The translations under genes and the position numbers were made by a program. A DNA stretch of 28,563 nt from the IMG/VR virus record IMGVR_UViG_3300047276_000269, positions 1-28,563 of that record. One strand, given 5' to 3'. The DNA is from a virus (lineage: Duplodnaviria > Caudoviricetes). This document shows, one piece after another, positions 20,973 to 28,563 of this stretch (within the stretch, counting starts at the first letter, position 1; each line of letters opens with the position of its first letter). Under the pieces are notes generated by a model that saw only the letters and a list, made by a program, of their open reading frames with translations, ran no database searches and had not been told where the DNA came from.

Positions 20973-21767
20973 ATGGAACACAAAGTGATTGCTACAAAAA
21001 CGCTGCCGCTAGATGTGATACGCATAGACGGCGGCACACAAGTGAGAGAGAAGTTAACCAATGAGTGGGTCGATCAGCTGGCGCAGCTGATGCAAGGTGG
21101 GGTGACGCTACCTCCTTGTATCGCGTTCTTTGATGGTAGTGATTACTGGTTAGTGGATGGATTCCACCGCTACCATGCTACCAAGAAGATCAACGGTAGT
21201 GATATCAAGTGTGATGTGATCAATGGAACAATCAATGACGCCATTATCTTTTCTTACTCTGTTAACTCCCGTCACGGCCTGACTTTGACCAATGCCGACA
21301 AGCGCAAGATTATTTACTCTGCTTTAAAAAATCCCGACATCAAAGACAAGTCTTTAAGAGAGATAGCAAAAATCTGCGGCAACATTTCTTATGTGTTTGT
21401 CTCTAAGGTAAAGAGTGAACTAAACCAGCAGAAGCCAGCAAAGACCCCGGTAAACAAAGATGTTCCTAAAGAAGATGAGGTGCATGAATCTGATGCTAGG
21501 GATGAAGAGATTGCCAAGATGCGAGAGCAGATTGACCTGTTGGCTGAAGAGAACGATAAGCTTACATTCCAACTTGCCATAGGCTCATCTGATGACCCTG
21601 AGTTTGCCAATAAAACAATCGAGGAGTTGAGGGAAGAGGTCAAACAATTAAGGATCGAGAACAAATCCTTGATCATTAGCCGCGACCAATTCCAGGCCGA
21701 GAATGCCCAGCTGATTAAACAGGTTAACTACCTGACAAAGAAGTTGAAGCAGACGGCAGCAGCCTAA
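20973..21767 (+). CDS. ParB N-terminal-like domain + HTH + coiled-coil protein
   Basis: Start at 20973 (SD AAGGAG). LPP...F.....LVDGFHRY.A and N..HG motifs, SLREIAKICGNISYVFVSKV HTH, and a C-terminal coiled coil. Confidence 0.8.
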   Translation: MEHKVIATKTLPLDVIRIDGGTQVREKLTNEWVDQLAQLMQGGVTLPPCIAFFDGSDYWLVDGFHRYHATKKINGSDIKCDVINGTINDAIIFSYSVNSRHGLTLTNADKRKIIYSALKNPDIKDKSLREIAKICGNISYVFVSKVKSELNQQKPAKTPVNKDVPKEDEVHESDARDEEIAKMREQIDLLAEENDKLTFQLAIGSSDDPEFANKTIEELREEVKQLRIENKSLIISRDQFQAENAQLIKQVNYLTKKLKQTAAA

Positions 21768-21807
21768 TTTTTAACCCATGCCGGGGGGTGTCCCGGAAGA
21801 GGAAATC

Positions 21808-23292
21808 ATGTCTTTACAACTAAGAGACTATCAGTCCAAGATATTGGACAACTTGAGGAATGGATTTGCGTCTGGCAAGAGGGCGCAAATTCTATACGCC
21901 CCCACCGGGGCGGGTAAAACAGAGATGGCTATCGAGCTTCTGAGGGCTACAAAAGCCAAGGGAAACCGAAGCGCCATGATATTGGATCGCATTGTTCTGT
22001 GCGACCAAACCAGTAAACGGCTGGAGAAATACCAGATAGAACATGGTGTTCTTCAGTCCGGGCACTGGCGTTACCGTCCCTACGAAACCATCCAGGTGTG
22101 CTCGGCTCAAACCCTCGAGCGCCGGGGTGATTTCCCCGGTCTGAACCTCCTCATAGTGGATGAGGCGCATCAAACCCGCCAGCAGACTATGGAGTTCATC
22201 AAGAACAACCCGGATGTTAGGGTCATAGGTCTAACCGCCACACCTTTCACCAAGGGGTTGGGAAAGGTTTATGACCATGTTGTCTCCTCCGTTACCACAA
22301 AAGAGTTGGTAAACCAGGGGGTTTTGGTTCCCCTCCGAGTGTTTATTGCCAAAGAAATAAACATGGAGGGAGCCAAAAAGGTTGCCGGCGAATGGTCCCA
22401 GGCTGAGGTGACAGAGAGGGGCATCAAGATCACGGGGGATATTGTCCAGGAGTGGATCAAGAAAACGCATGAGGTATTTGGTCGGCCCAGGAAGACCATT
22501 GTTTTCTGCGCTGGCGTAGATCACGGGGCTCACCTGGCTAAGAAGTTTGCCGAACAAGGGTATAACTTTGTATCCATTTCCTACTTAGATGATGACGAAT
22601 ACAAGAAAGAAGTCATTGCAGATTTTTCGAAGCCGGACACAGAGATACATGGATTGATCGCCACAGACATCCTAACCAAGGGATTTGATGTGCCTGATGT
22701 AATGATTGGGGTATCTGCGCGGCCGTTCAGCAAGTCTCTCTCCTCTCATATCCAGCAGATGGGCCGGGTGATGCGGGCTAACATGGAAAACAAGGAGGAC
22801 AAAGAGTTTGCCTTATGGCTGGATCACTCAGGGAATTACCTCCGCTTCCGGGAAGATTGGGAAGATGTGTTTGAGAACGGAGTAAGCGCCCTAGATGACG
22901 GGAAAGAGAAAGCAAAGAAAGAGCCCACAGAAGCAGAGAAAAAAGAGGCTAAGTGCCCCAGGTGCGAGGCTTACATGCCGCCTCGAACAGATGTTTGTTC
23001 CTGTTGCGGCTATGTGAAAGAGAAAAGAAACACCATTTCTGTAAAGCCGGGTGAGATGGAAGAGCTCAGGACCATGAGCCGGGAGAACAAACAGAAATGG
23101 TGGTCAATGCTGCAATGGTATGTTCAATACTCTGGCAAGAAACCCGGCTGGGCTTACTACACCTACAAAGAGAAGTTTGGGATCGAGCCTAGGTCTTTGA
23201 GTGACGCTGCTATTAAGCCAGACGCTGAGGTTCATAAGTTCATAGAAGCCAAAAAGCGGGCATACATCAGAGCAATTAAAGCCAGGAGATAG
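21808..23292 (+). CDS. Superfamily 2 DEAH helicase with Zn finger
   Basis: LRDYQ, APTGAGKT, DEAH, TAT, GFDVP, QQMGRVMR and CPRC...CSCC. Start MSLQLR at 21808 (SD GAGGA). Confidence 0.92.
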   Translation: MSLQLRDYQSKILDNLRNGFASGKRAQILYAPTGAGKTEMAIELLRATKAKGNRSAMILDRIVLCDQTSKRLEKYQIEHGVLQSGHWRYRPYETIQVCSAQTLERRGDFPGLNLLIVDEAHQTRQQTMEFIKNNPDVRVIGLTATPFTKGLGKVYDHVVSSVTTKELVNQGVLVPLRVFIAKEINMEGAKKVAGEWSQAEVTERGIKITGDIVQEWIKKTHEVFGRPRKTIVFCAGVDHGAHLAKKFAEQGYNFVSISYLDDDEYKKEVIADFSKPDTEIHGLIATDILTKGFDVPDVMIGVSARPFSKSLSSHIQQMGRVMRANMENKEDKEFALWLDHSGNYLRFREDWEDVFENGVSALDDGKEKAKKEPTEAEKKEAKCPRCEAYMPPRTDVCSCCGYVKEKRNTISVKPGEMEELRTMSRENKQKWWSMLQWYVQYSGKKPGWAYYTYKEKFGIEPRSLSDAAIKPDAEVHKFIEAKKRAYIRAIKARR

Positions 23293-23293
23293 C

Positions 23294-24130
23294 ATGGAGT
23301 TTTTAGATTTTTGCGCAGCCCACGGCATCATCATTCAAGCGCCTCCTCCACTAGGGCAGTGGAAGCGTTACCCCACCACAGATCACCCAAAGAAACGCAA
23401 TGGCGCGGTGAAGTTTATGGGGGACCATGCCTTTATCCAGAACCATGCCCTGGATACAGAAGTGTCGGTCTGGAAGGGAGCCGCCTCCACTATGGCGCAG
23501 AAGAGGGACTACGCTAAGATCATTCGGGATGCCGAAGCTGAGAAGTTTCGTATGCAAGCCGCCGCCGCTTCCAACGCCGCCTCTATCCTGAAGCAGTGCC
23601 AGGTGGGAAAGCATGAGTACCTCAAGTCAAAGGGATTTCCTGAGGAGGAGGGGAATGTTTTTGTCAGGGATGGGGAAAAGCTTTTGATCATCCCCATGAG
23701 GGTTGGTGACCGGCTTGTTGGCTGCCAGATCATTGATGAGCAGGGCGGGAAGAAGTTTCTTTTTGGTCAGCGCACCTCCAATGCTGAGTTTTGTTTTAAT
23801 AACAAAGGGCATCATATCCTGTGCGAGGGCTATGCCACCGCCTTGTCGGTCCGGCTGGCGATGAAAGCACTAAAGCGTCGATACATAATTCATGTGTGTT
23901 TTTCGGCAGGAAACATGAAGAAGATCGCCTCAACTATCAAGGACGGACTTATCGTTGCAGACAACGACAAGAGCGGGACAGGGGAGAGGGTGGCAAAAGA
24001 GATCGGGCTTCCCTACTGGATATCCGACCAGTTGGGAGAAGACGCCAACGATTTTCATAAAAGAACTGGCTTGTTTAGGTTCAGCCAGAATCTAAACAAA
24101 CTATTGAACACTCTCGCACCTATCTATTGA
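23294..24130 (+). CDS. Toprim-domain DNA primase (TraC/P4-alpha primase-like, no helicase domain)
   Basis: YLKSKG, LIIPM, Q.I...G.KKF, CEGYATALS, ADND..G and DAND motifs. Confidence 0.88.
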   Translation: MEFLDFCAAHGIIIQAPPPLGQWKRYPTTDHPKKRNGAVKFMGDHAFIQNHALDTEVSVWKGAASTMAQKRDYAKIIRDAEAEKFRMQAAAASNAASILKQCQVGKHEYLKSKGFPEEEGNVFVRDGEKLLIIPMRVGDRLVGCQIIDEQGGKKFLFGQRTSNAEFCFNNKGHHILCEGYATALSVRLAMKALKRRYIIHVCFSAGNMKKIASTIKDGLIVADNDKSGTGERVAKEIGLPYWISDQLGEDANDFHKRTGLFRFSQNLNKLLNTLAPIY

Positions 24131-24304
24131 TAGGAAAATCATTGCCTCGCCTCCGCATTTGTTGTTCATTGAGGTGAGAGTGTCCAATAAATCCATGCCC
24201 AGGAAGATCGCCTTTTCTCCATCTCCATAGCTATCGGCGCGGATGGATACCTCCCCATCCGCGTCCTCATAGATATAGACGGCAAACATGGACCGATGCG
24301 TCAT
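24101..24304 (-). CDS. Hypothetical protein
   Basis: Start MTHRSMF at 24304 downstream of its own promoter; converges on the primase gene. Confidence 0.6.
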   Translation of the reverse strand: MTHRSMFAVYIYEDADGEVSIRADSYGDGEKAIFLGMDLLDTLTSMNNKCGGEAMIFLSIDRCESVQ

Positions 24305-24305
24305 G

Positions 24306-24361
24306 TAGGGATTTTCCCTTAACTTGACTAAATTATAAAGGTATTGGTTGCAATAGAGCAA
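24306..24361 (-). promoter_or_regulatory. Leftward promoter plus operator-like inverted repeat
   Basis: TTGCTC (24361-56), 18 bp, TATAAT (24337-32). TAAGGGAAAATCCCTA (24321-06) overlaps the RBS. Confidence 0.55.
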
Positions 24362-24371
24362 CAACCTTATT

Positions 24372-24695
24372 TTAGCCCAGCACCTCGTGTTGCACCATTT
24401 CCCCGAATATGCTGGCTGCATACGCCCGCATCGCCGCCTCTAGAGCAGTATCTCCGGCAAAATGCTTTAGCTTTGTGTCGCAGATTGCAAACCACTCCCC
24501 GTCCCCCGGGGTTGCAGGGGAGTCTAGGGCTATAGATGCATATTCAATGATTGGACCGCCCTGGTCCCATCGTTTTGTGGGGTTCCATTCCGGGGACTCG
24601 AGGTAGAGTTCTTTGTATAGGTTAAAGTTGTCCCGCCTAAGGGCAACCGCGACAACCTGGTCGAGTGTTTCAAGCGACAGATTTTTGATAATCAT
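24372..24695 (-). CDS. DUF2591/NinX-like protein, paralog 1
   Basis: LD..VA.A, P...W.QGGPIIE...I and GDT.L.AAMR.Y..S..GE motifs. Confidence 0.8.
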   Translation of the reverse strand: MIIKNLSLETLDQVVAVALRRDNFNLYKELYLESPEWNPTKRWDQGGPIIEYASIALDSPATPGDGEWFAICDTKLKHFAGDTALEAAMRAYAASIFGEMVQHEVLG

Positions 24696-24991
24696 TCTGC
24701 ATCCTCCATGAGTTCAGCCCAGTAGGAACCAAATGCATTGAAGACAAAATCGTATGACCCTTTTGTACCAGGCTTCACCTCATCGCGGGAGGGGATGTAG
24801 TTCCCATAATAGTCCCTGGCGGACTCTTGCCCCAGCATACACCTCCCCTCCTCTATGGCGCGCATCATCTCCCGACCATACGATCCTTGCAGTCCCCACA
24901 TTCCTGAGTTGATTGCCTTTTGGATAGAGTAAAAGTATTCCTCCTCATCGGAATGGTTTTCGATATTGTTTACATCGTCTATTGTGAACAT
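24692..24991 (-). CDS. Conserved hypothetical phage protein
   Basis: Q.AINSG.W.LQGSYGR motif; SD AAGGAG. Confidence 0.75.
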   Translation of the reverse strand: MFTIDDVNNIENHSDEEEYFYSIQKAINSGMWGLQGSYGREMMRAIEEGRCMLGQESARDYYGNYIPSRDEVKPGTKGSYDFVFNAFGSYWAELMEDAE

Positions 24992-25003
24992 TGCTTCTCT
25001 CCT

Positions 25004-25096
25004 TTAGTTTGGGTTCCAAATCAACAGGTCTAATGCCAAGACTGCTACAGCAATCAGGAATATGACCCTCTCAATTTTTTCGTAGTATGTAAGCAT
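25004..25096 (-). CDS. 30-aa membrane peptide
   Basis: MLTYYEKIERVIFLIAVAVLALDLLIWNPN; start reassigned to 25096 (SD GGGGGT). Confidence 0.65.
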   Translation of the reverse strand: MLTYYEKIERVIFLIAVAVLALDLLIWNPN

Positions 25097-25104
25097 TGCA
25101 CCCC

Positions 25105-25359
25105 CTAGTAAGTTGAAACTGCCAGTTCGTCCTCGCGGATAAACTGCTTGATTCTTTTCTCGAGCCTGGGAGGGAATGCCTTTCCCCTCATGTGGTCGTT
25201 CCGCATCCAGCCGTCCCCGCGTTGCCATTGCCAGCACCTCTCAAACACCGGGATGTTTGCCATTGCCCAAAGGTAGGCTATAGCGTCGTCGAATGTGTCC
25301 AAATCCCTGTAGGAATGAAACTCCTTCCGGGATTTACCGATGTGGATTCTGTATTTCAT
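25105..25359 (-). CDS. Hypothetical protein
   Basis: Start MKYRIH at 25359 (ATGA overlap). Confidence 0.7.
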   Translation of the reverse strand: MKYRIHIGKSRKEFHSYRDLDTFDDAIAYLWAMANIPVFERCWQWQRGDGWMRNDHMRGKAFPPRLEKRIKQFIREDELAVSTY

Positions 25360-25547
25360 GGTCTGCCCCTGCTGTCGATCCAGCCCATGCCGATGTAATC
25401 TGTTGGGTCTTCCCACTCATCAGGCGGCGGACTCGCCGCCATCCTTGCGTCGTGCTCATCTGCTGCTGCGTATGCGGATTGCAGCTTGGCATCCTCCTCC
25501 ATAAACTGGCGGAGTTCCTCCTCTGTCATGTTGTCGCGGTAAATCAT
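25356..25547 (-). CDS. Acidic hypothetical protein
   Basis: ATGA-coupled; ends YIGMGWIDSRGRP. Confidence 0.7.
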   Translation of the reverse strand: MIYRDNMTEEELRQFMEEDAKLQSAYAAADEHDARMAASPPPDEWEDPTDYIGMGWIDSRGRP

Positions 25548-25915
25548 TTGCTTTCTCCAAACTCAGGGATTTCTTGCCTGATGGCATCCGGTATTTCCAC
25601 CTCGTCACCTAACTCGCTTGCTACATAACAGCGCATAGCGGCGATCAGGGGTGTGTCGCCTCTCTGCACAAAACCGCTAATCCAATCTCCGTCCCACGGT
25701 ATTCCGGCACACCACCCTATGCCATCAGCGCCAACCGTTATTTGTTCACGCTCAATGATCGGCCCACCTTGGGACCAGTCTGTTGAGTAATTCACCACCC
25801 CGCCCGAAACAAGGTCGAGTAGGAAATCGGCGGGTGTTTCGTACACAAGTTCTTCACACTTCGCCACTGCCCAATCAAGGGCGGCTCCGGTTAGTTCAGA
25901 TGTCTTAATCTTCAT
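25544..25915 (-). CDS. DUF2591/NinX-like protein, paralog 2
   Basis: KTSELTGAALDWAVAK, YSTDWSQGGPIIERE and GDTPLIAAMRCYVASELGDEVEIP. Confidence 0.85.
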   Translation of the reverse strand: MKIKTSELTGAALDWAVAKCEELVYETPADFLLDLVSGGVVNYSTDWSQGGPIIEREQITVGADGIGWCAGIPWDGDWISGFVQRGDTPLIAAMRCYVASELGDEVEIPDAIRQEIPEFGESK

Positions 25916-26124
25916 TTGCTTTCCCCTTGTAGGTTTATCTCGAACTTCATGTAGTCAATCAAGAATTTTTTTACTTGATCGTATTCTGGACCGCTACAAA
26001 AGATGCCAGCGGCATCTCCTGTAGCAATTCCCATCCTGTCCTGGATGTGCAGGAATGCCTGGTTGATTGCATCGTCCGCCAATTCATTCAAACCGGCGGA
26101 GGTGTATTCATGCCAAGGTTTCAT
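25912..26124 (-). CDS. Hypothetical protein
   Basis: IQDRMGIATGDAAGIF motif; ends GESK like its neighbour. Confidence 0.7.
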   Translation of the reverse strand: MKPWHEYTSAGLNELADDAINQAFLHIQDRMGIATGDAAGIFCSGPEYDQVKKFLIDYMKFEINLQGESK

Positions 26125-26540
26125 TACCAGTCTGCCAATTTCTTGAACATCTTGGTGTATTCGGCGCGGGATTTGAATGGACCATTCATCATGCAGTAGT
26201 CCAGGAATTTCCTAGACATAAAGTAACCTTGCGCCATCTCATCGTATGACTTCGGCAAATCCTTGTAGTCTTCGTCCTCGTAGTAGTCGGATAGGACAAA
26301 CTTTATTTTTTTCCAGCCGTCTTCGTGCCAATCTCTTGAGCCACTTGTTTTGTTTTCGACATACTTTTCTGCCTCCTCTATCATGCTTACCCCTCCGACC
26401 CGTCCGTAACCGTCGTATATGCCTCGAAACTTTTGATTGTTCGGCAGTATGGCGACGACATTGTGCAGGTGCGGATATCCCTTGCATTCAGCGACAACTG
26501 GCAGATTTGTTTTAGCGCAGCATTTAGAAAAAAAGCCCAT
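26124..26540 (-). CDS. Conserved hypothetical protein (MG.FS..C / YDGYG)
   Basis: SD GGAGG; 138 aa. Confidence 0.75.
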   Translation of the reverse strand: MGFFSKCCAKTNLPVVAECKGYPHLHNVVAILPNNQKFRGIYDGYGRVGGVSMIEEAEKYVENKTSGSRDWHEDGWKKIKFVLSDYYEDEDYKDLPKSYDEMAQGYFMSRKFLDYCMMNGPFKSRAEYTKMFKKLADW

Positions 26541-26542
26541 GA

Positions 26543-27142
26543 TTAACCTCCTAAGTGTGATGGATTGTGATCAAAACCTAAGGCAAAGAAAAACGATTGC
26601 ATCCGGTCATTTTCTCTCTCGTCGTTTTCGTCGTTCTCGTTGTATTTGTAAAAAGAAATTTCAAACTCGCGGTCTTTGCCGTTGGCATATGCGCCAGCGT
26701 AGCCTACGCCACACTCGCAGTAGGTCGCCTCGACCTTGAATCCAATCTTCTCCAGGTGTTCATAAACACCCATCGGAGGGGACCATGCGGTATCAAAATA
26801 GATAGTGGTGGATTGCTTTGTAATTTCTGCAAACTCAATCCTCGCGTCCCACTTAGTCCCCCATTCGTTGAGCGCCCATCCATACCAGGTTGCATATCCA
26901 TATTTGGTTATGTTTTCCTGATGGTTTTTGTTGCGCGCCTCTACTTCTTCGAAAGTGCCCCCATGTGCCGCCTCTGAATTCATCAGATCATCTGGCATTG
27001 GTTTCATCAATTGAAATAGTCTCGCGTGTGTGTATTCTTCGGGCTCGGTTGCTTTCAGCATCTTGTTTATTTTCCGCAGCAATTGCTTGGATTTGCTTGT
27101 GCTGGCAACAAGTTTCAAAGAGTTAGCGCACCAATTAGGCAT
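26543..27142 (-). CDS. DUF1281/YubB ferredoxin-like domain protein
   Basis: Start MPNWC.N at 27142 (SD AAGGAG); WY.W....WGTKWD and FDTAWSPP motifs. Confidence 0.8.
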   Translation of the reverse strand: MPNWCANSLKLVASTSKSKQLLRKINKMLKATEPEEYTHARLFQLMKPMPDDLMNSEAAHGGTFEEVEARNKNHQENITKYGYATWYGWALNEWGTKWDARIEFAEITKQSTTIYFDTAWSPPMGVYEHLEKIGFKVEATYCECGVGYAGAYANGKDREFEISFYKYNENDENDERENDRMQSFFFALGFDHNPSHLGG

Positions 27143-27614
27143 GATTTGCTCCTTTCCTGTAGATAGACAATGCCTGGTCAAAAGGCAAAAGATTCAGAAT
27201 CGTTTTTGCTTTCAGTCTTCCCATAGTGTCTGGGTGATTCAGTAGATTGATCATCCTCCCGGCGTCCATTTTTGCCGTCTTCATCAGTTTGTCGTCGGTT
27301 GAAATAAACATAATGGATCGGGACATTTCCCGCTTTAGGTCTTTGCTATAGAGGTACTGCGTCAGCAAGTCATCTATTAAAGTGTCGGCATTCTGCTCAA
27401 ACTCGTGCCCGTATGCCTCGCGCTTTGGTAGTGTCTTGCCGTATGCATTCAACTCCTCCTCCACTTTGTGGGGGTGATAGAGGTGGCATCCGCCGCGCCC
27501 ATCGTTCTCTACTGTCCCGGCGCGTTTGCCGTTGATGTAGATTGATGCCTCGAAACAGTTTGTCTCATGGCTCGCCCATTGTGAGTGCTTCACATTTTTA
27601 AGTTCAATATTCAT
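27135..27614 (-). CDS. Conserved hypothetical phage protein
   Basis: Start MNIELK at 27614 (SD GGAGG); SHETNCFEA..Y.NGK...V.NDG.GG motif. Confidence 0.8.
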   Translation of the reverse strand: MNIELKNVKHSQWASHETNCFEASIYINGKRAGTVENDGRGGCHLYHPHKVEEELNAYGKTLPKREAYGHEFEQNADTLIDDLLTQYLYSKDLKREMSRSIMFISTDDKLMKTAKMDAGRMINLLNHPDTMGRLKAKTILNLLPFDQALSIYRKGANHA

Positions 27615-27795
27615 TGCTTCCTCCTTCCGTGTAAGTGTCAATTTCGCAGTAGTCTTTTACCCCTACCTCATAGCCCCATTTGTAGGCAAGTGCCTCCTCC
27701 TCCGTCTTCCAGGCGGAGCATTGCTCACCATATGATCGACCCTCGTAATAGCCGAGCGCATAGGCGTATGCATGGGTTTCGTTGAAGTCTTTCAT
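27604..27795 (-). CDS. Small Tyr/Gly-repeat protein, possible Rmf/CrpP-like fold
   Basis: AY..GY..G...AY..GY..G two-helix pattern; SD GAGG. Confidence 0.65.
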   Translation of the reverse strand: MKDFNETHAYAYALGYYEGRSYGEQCSAWKTEEEALAYKWGYEVGVKDYCEIDTYTEGGSNEY

Positions 27796-27968
27796 GCCGC
27801 CGCCTCCTCAATTACTTTTGATTCGACGATGATGGTTTCGTGCGCGTCGGCGTCTTCGAGCGATCCGAAAAGATCAATTGCTGACGCCTCCGCCTCCGCT
27901 AGTGAGTCGGCAGCCAGTTCTATCGTGCGTTGCGCGACGATTTCAATCGTGATTGAAAAAATTTTCAT
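27792..27968 (-). CDS. 58-aa acidic protein (not in ORF track)
   Basis: MKIFSITIEIVAQRTIELAADSLAEAEASAIDLFGSLEDADAHETIIVESKVIEEAAA; SD AAAGGT; ATGA overlap. Confidence 0.75.
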   Translation of the reverse strand: MKIFSITIEIVAQRTIELAADSLAEAEASAIDLFGSLEDADAHETIIVESKVIEEAAA

Positions 27969-28028
27969 TGCTTACCTTTCTAGAGTTAAAAATTGCCCGG
28001 TGTCCGGGTCTGTGTTTTTGTCCAGGGT

Positions 28029-28208
28029 TTAGTTTCTTCGTGCTTCCTCCCTTCCGCGTTCGATTAGTCGGCGCGCCTCTGTTTGGTCGTCGATTGTCTC
28101 GGCGTCTAGCATGGCGCGAATTTTTTCGGATATCGCGCGCGCTGCCTGGGTGCTGGCGCGCTCGAATTTGTAACCGGCGGAGATGTAATCGTTCTCGGCG
28201 TGTTTCAT
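28029..28208 (-). CDS. Hypothetical protein
   Basis: Start MKHAEND at 28208 (ATGA overlap). Confidence 0.7.
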   Translation of the reverse strand: MKHAENDYISAGYKFERASTQAARAISEKIRAMLDAETIDDQTEARRLIERGREEARRN

Positions 28209-28423
28209 TCTTCCGCCTCTGCTTTCCTGATTGCAGCCCGCGCCAGGGCGATAGCGTCGCGGTCTATTTGGGTTTCCCTGGTCGCGGTCCAATGCGGATA
28301 GTGCGAAACCATCAGGCGCAGGGCGTCTAATAGTTCGGCGGCGATGTCGCGGTAGGTGTTGCGCTCCCTCATCAGGCGTAAAATTTCGCGCTCTTCCCGG
28401 TCCAGTAGCTGCGCGCTCATCAT
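28205..28423 (-). CDS. Hypothetical protein (AAELLDAL...ARAAIRKA)
   Basis: Start at 28423 (ATGA overlap, SD AAGGT); common phage helical-hairpin motif. Confidence 0.7.
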   Translation of the reverse strand: MMSAQLLDREEREILRLMRERNTYRDIAAELLDALRLMVSHYPHWTATRETQIDRDAIALARAAIRKAEAEE

Positions 28424-28563
28424 GGCATTAGCACCTTTTTTAGCTCTGGGACCGTGAGCCCGACAAATCGCGCCAAATCCGCCAGCATTAGGTCTGGATT
28501 TTGATCGTAGAAGTCGCGGATTTTTTCCGCGTTCCATTTGCGGGGGTCGTCGTTGATCGTGTA
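28420..28563 (-). CDS. Small HTH-like protein, 5'-truncated (not in ORF track)
   Basis: ...YTINDDPRKWNAEKIRDFYDQNPDLMLADLARFVGLTVPELKKVLMP*, with the stop at 28420-22 coupled to the next ATG. Confidence 0.65.
   Translation of the reverse strand, partial: YTINDDPRKWNAEKIRDFYDQNPDLMLADLARFVGLTVPELKKVLMP

Noticed and set aside
21766-21796. AATTTTTAAC next to a CCGG hairpin here and at ~27985-28008 (minus strand) as nut-like antitermination sites
   Set aside because: The element order differs between the two sites, the match to boxA is poor, and no N-like gene was recognised.

Overview
A 28.6-kb fragment of a tailed dsDNA phage with podovirus-like ejection-protein architecture. By gene style it resembles uncultured freshwater proteobacterial phages, which is my inference. 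(1) 1-11317 (+): three internal-virion/ejection proteins, namely a Gln/Gly-rich protein, a lytic-transglycosylase protein and a 2805-aa polyvalent protein (HExxH metallopeptidase, a tandemly duplicated unknown domain, ADP-ribosyltransferase-like domain, LPD38-like C-terminus). (2) 11308-18986 (-): a translationally coupled operon of about 27 mostly small genes, including a stand-alone sigma70 region-4 protein, a GNAT/malonyl-CoA-decarboxylase-like protein, an RHH regulator, an SSB-like protein, a Sak3-type annealase and a PD-(D/E)XK nuclease. (3) 19069-24130 (+): VRR-NUC nuclease, PAPS-reductase-like protein, ParB-like protein, SF2 helicase and Toprim primase, interrupted by structured non-coding DNA. 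(4) 24101-28563 (-): small early-type genes. The best unexplained signals are: a ~72-nt promoter-to-terminator sRNA candidate (19366-19437) whose core is antisense to the shared ribosome-binding regions of many leftward genes; a C4/CI-like antisense RNA followed by ~390 nt of nested stems (20350-20910); recurrent candidate cleavage motifs in the ejection proteins; cassette-like gene junction repeats; and a 14-bp palindrome present three times. All family names come from motif recognition by eye; no database search was run.
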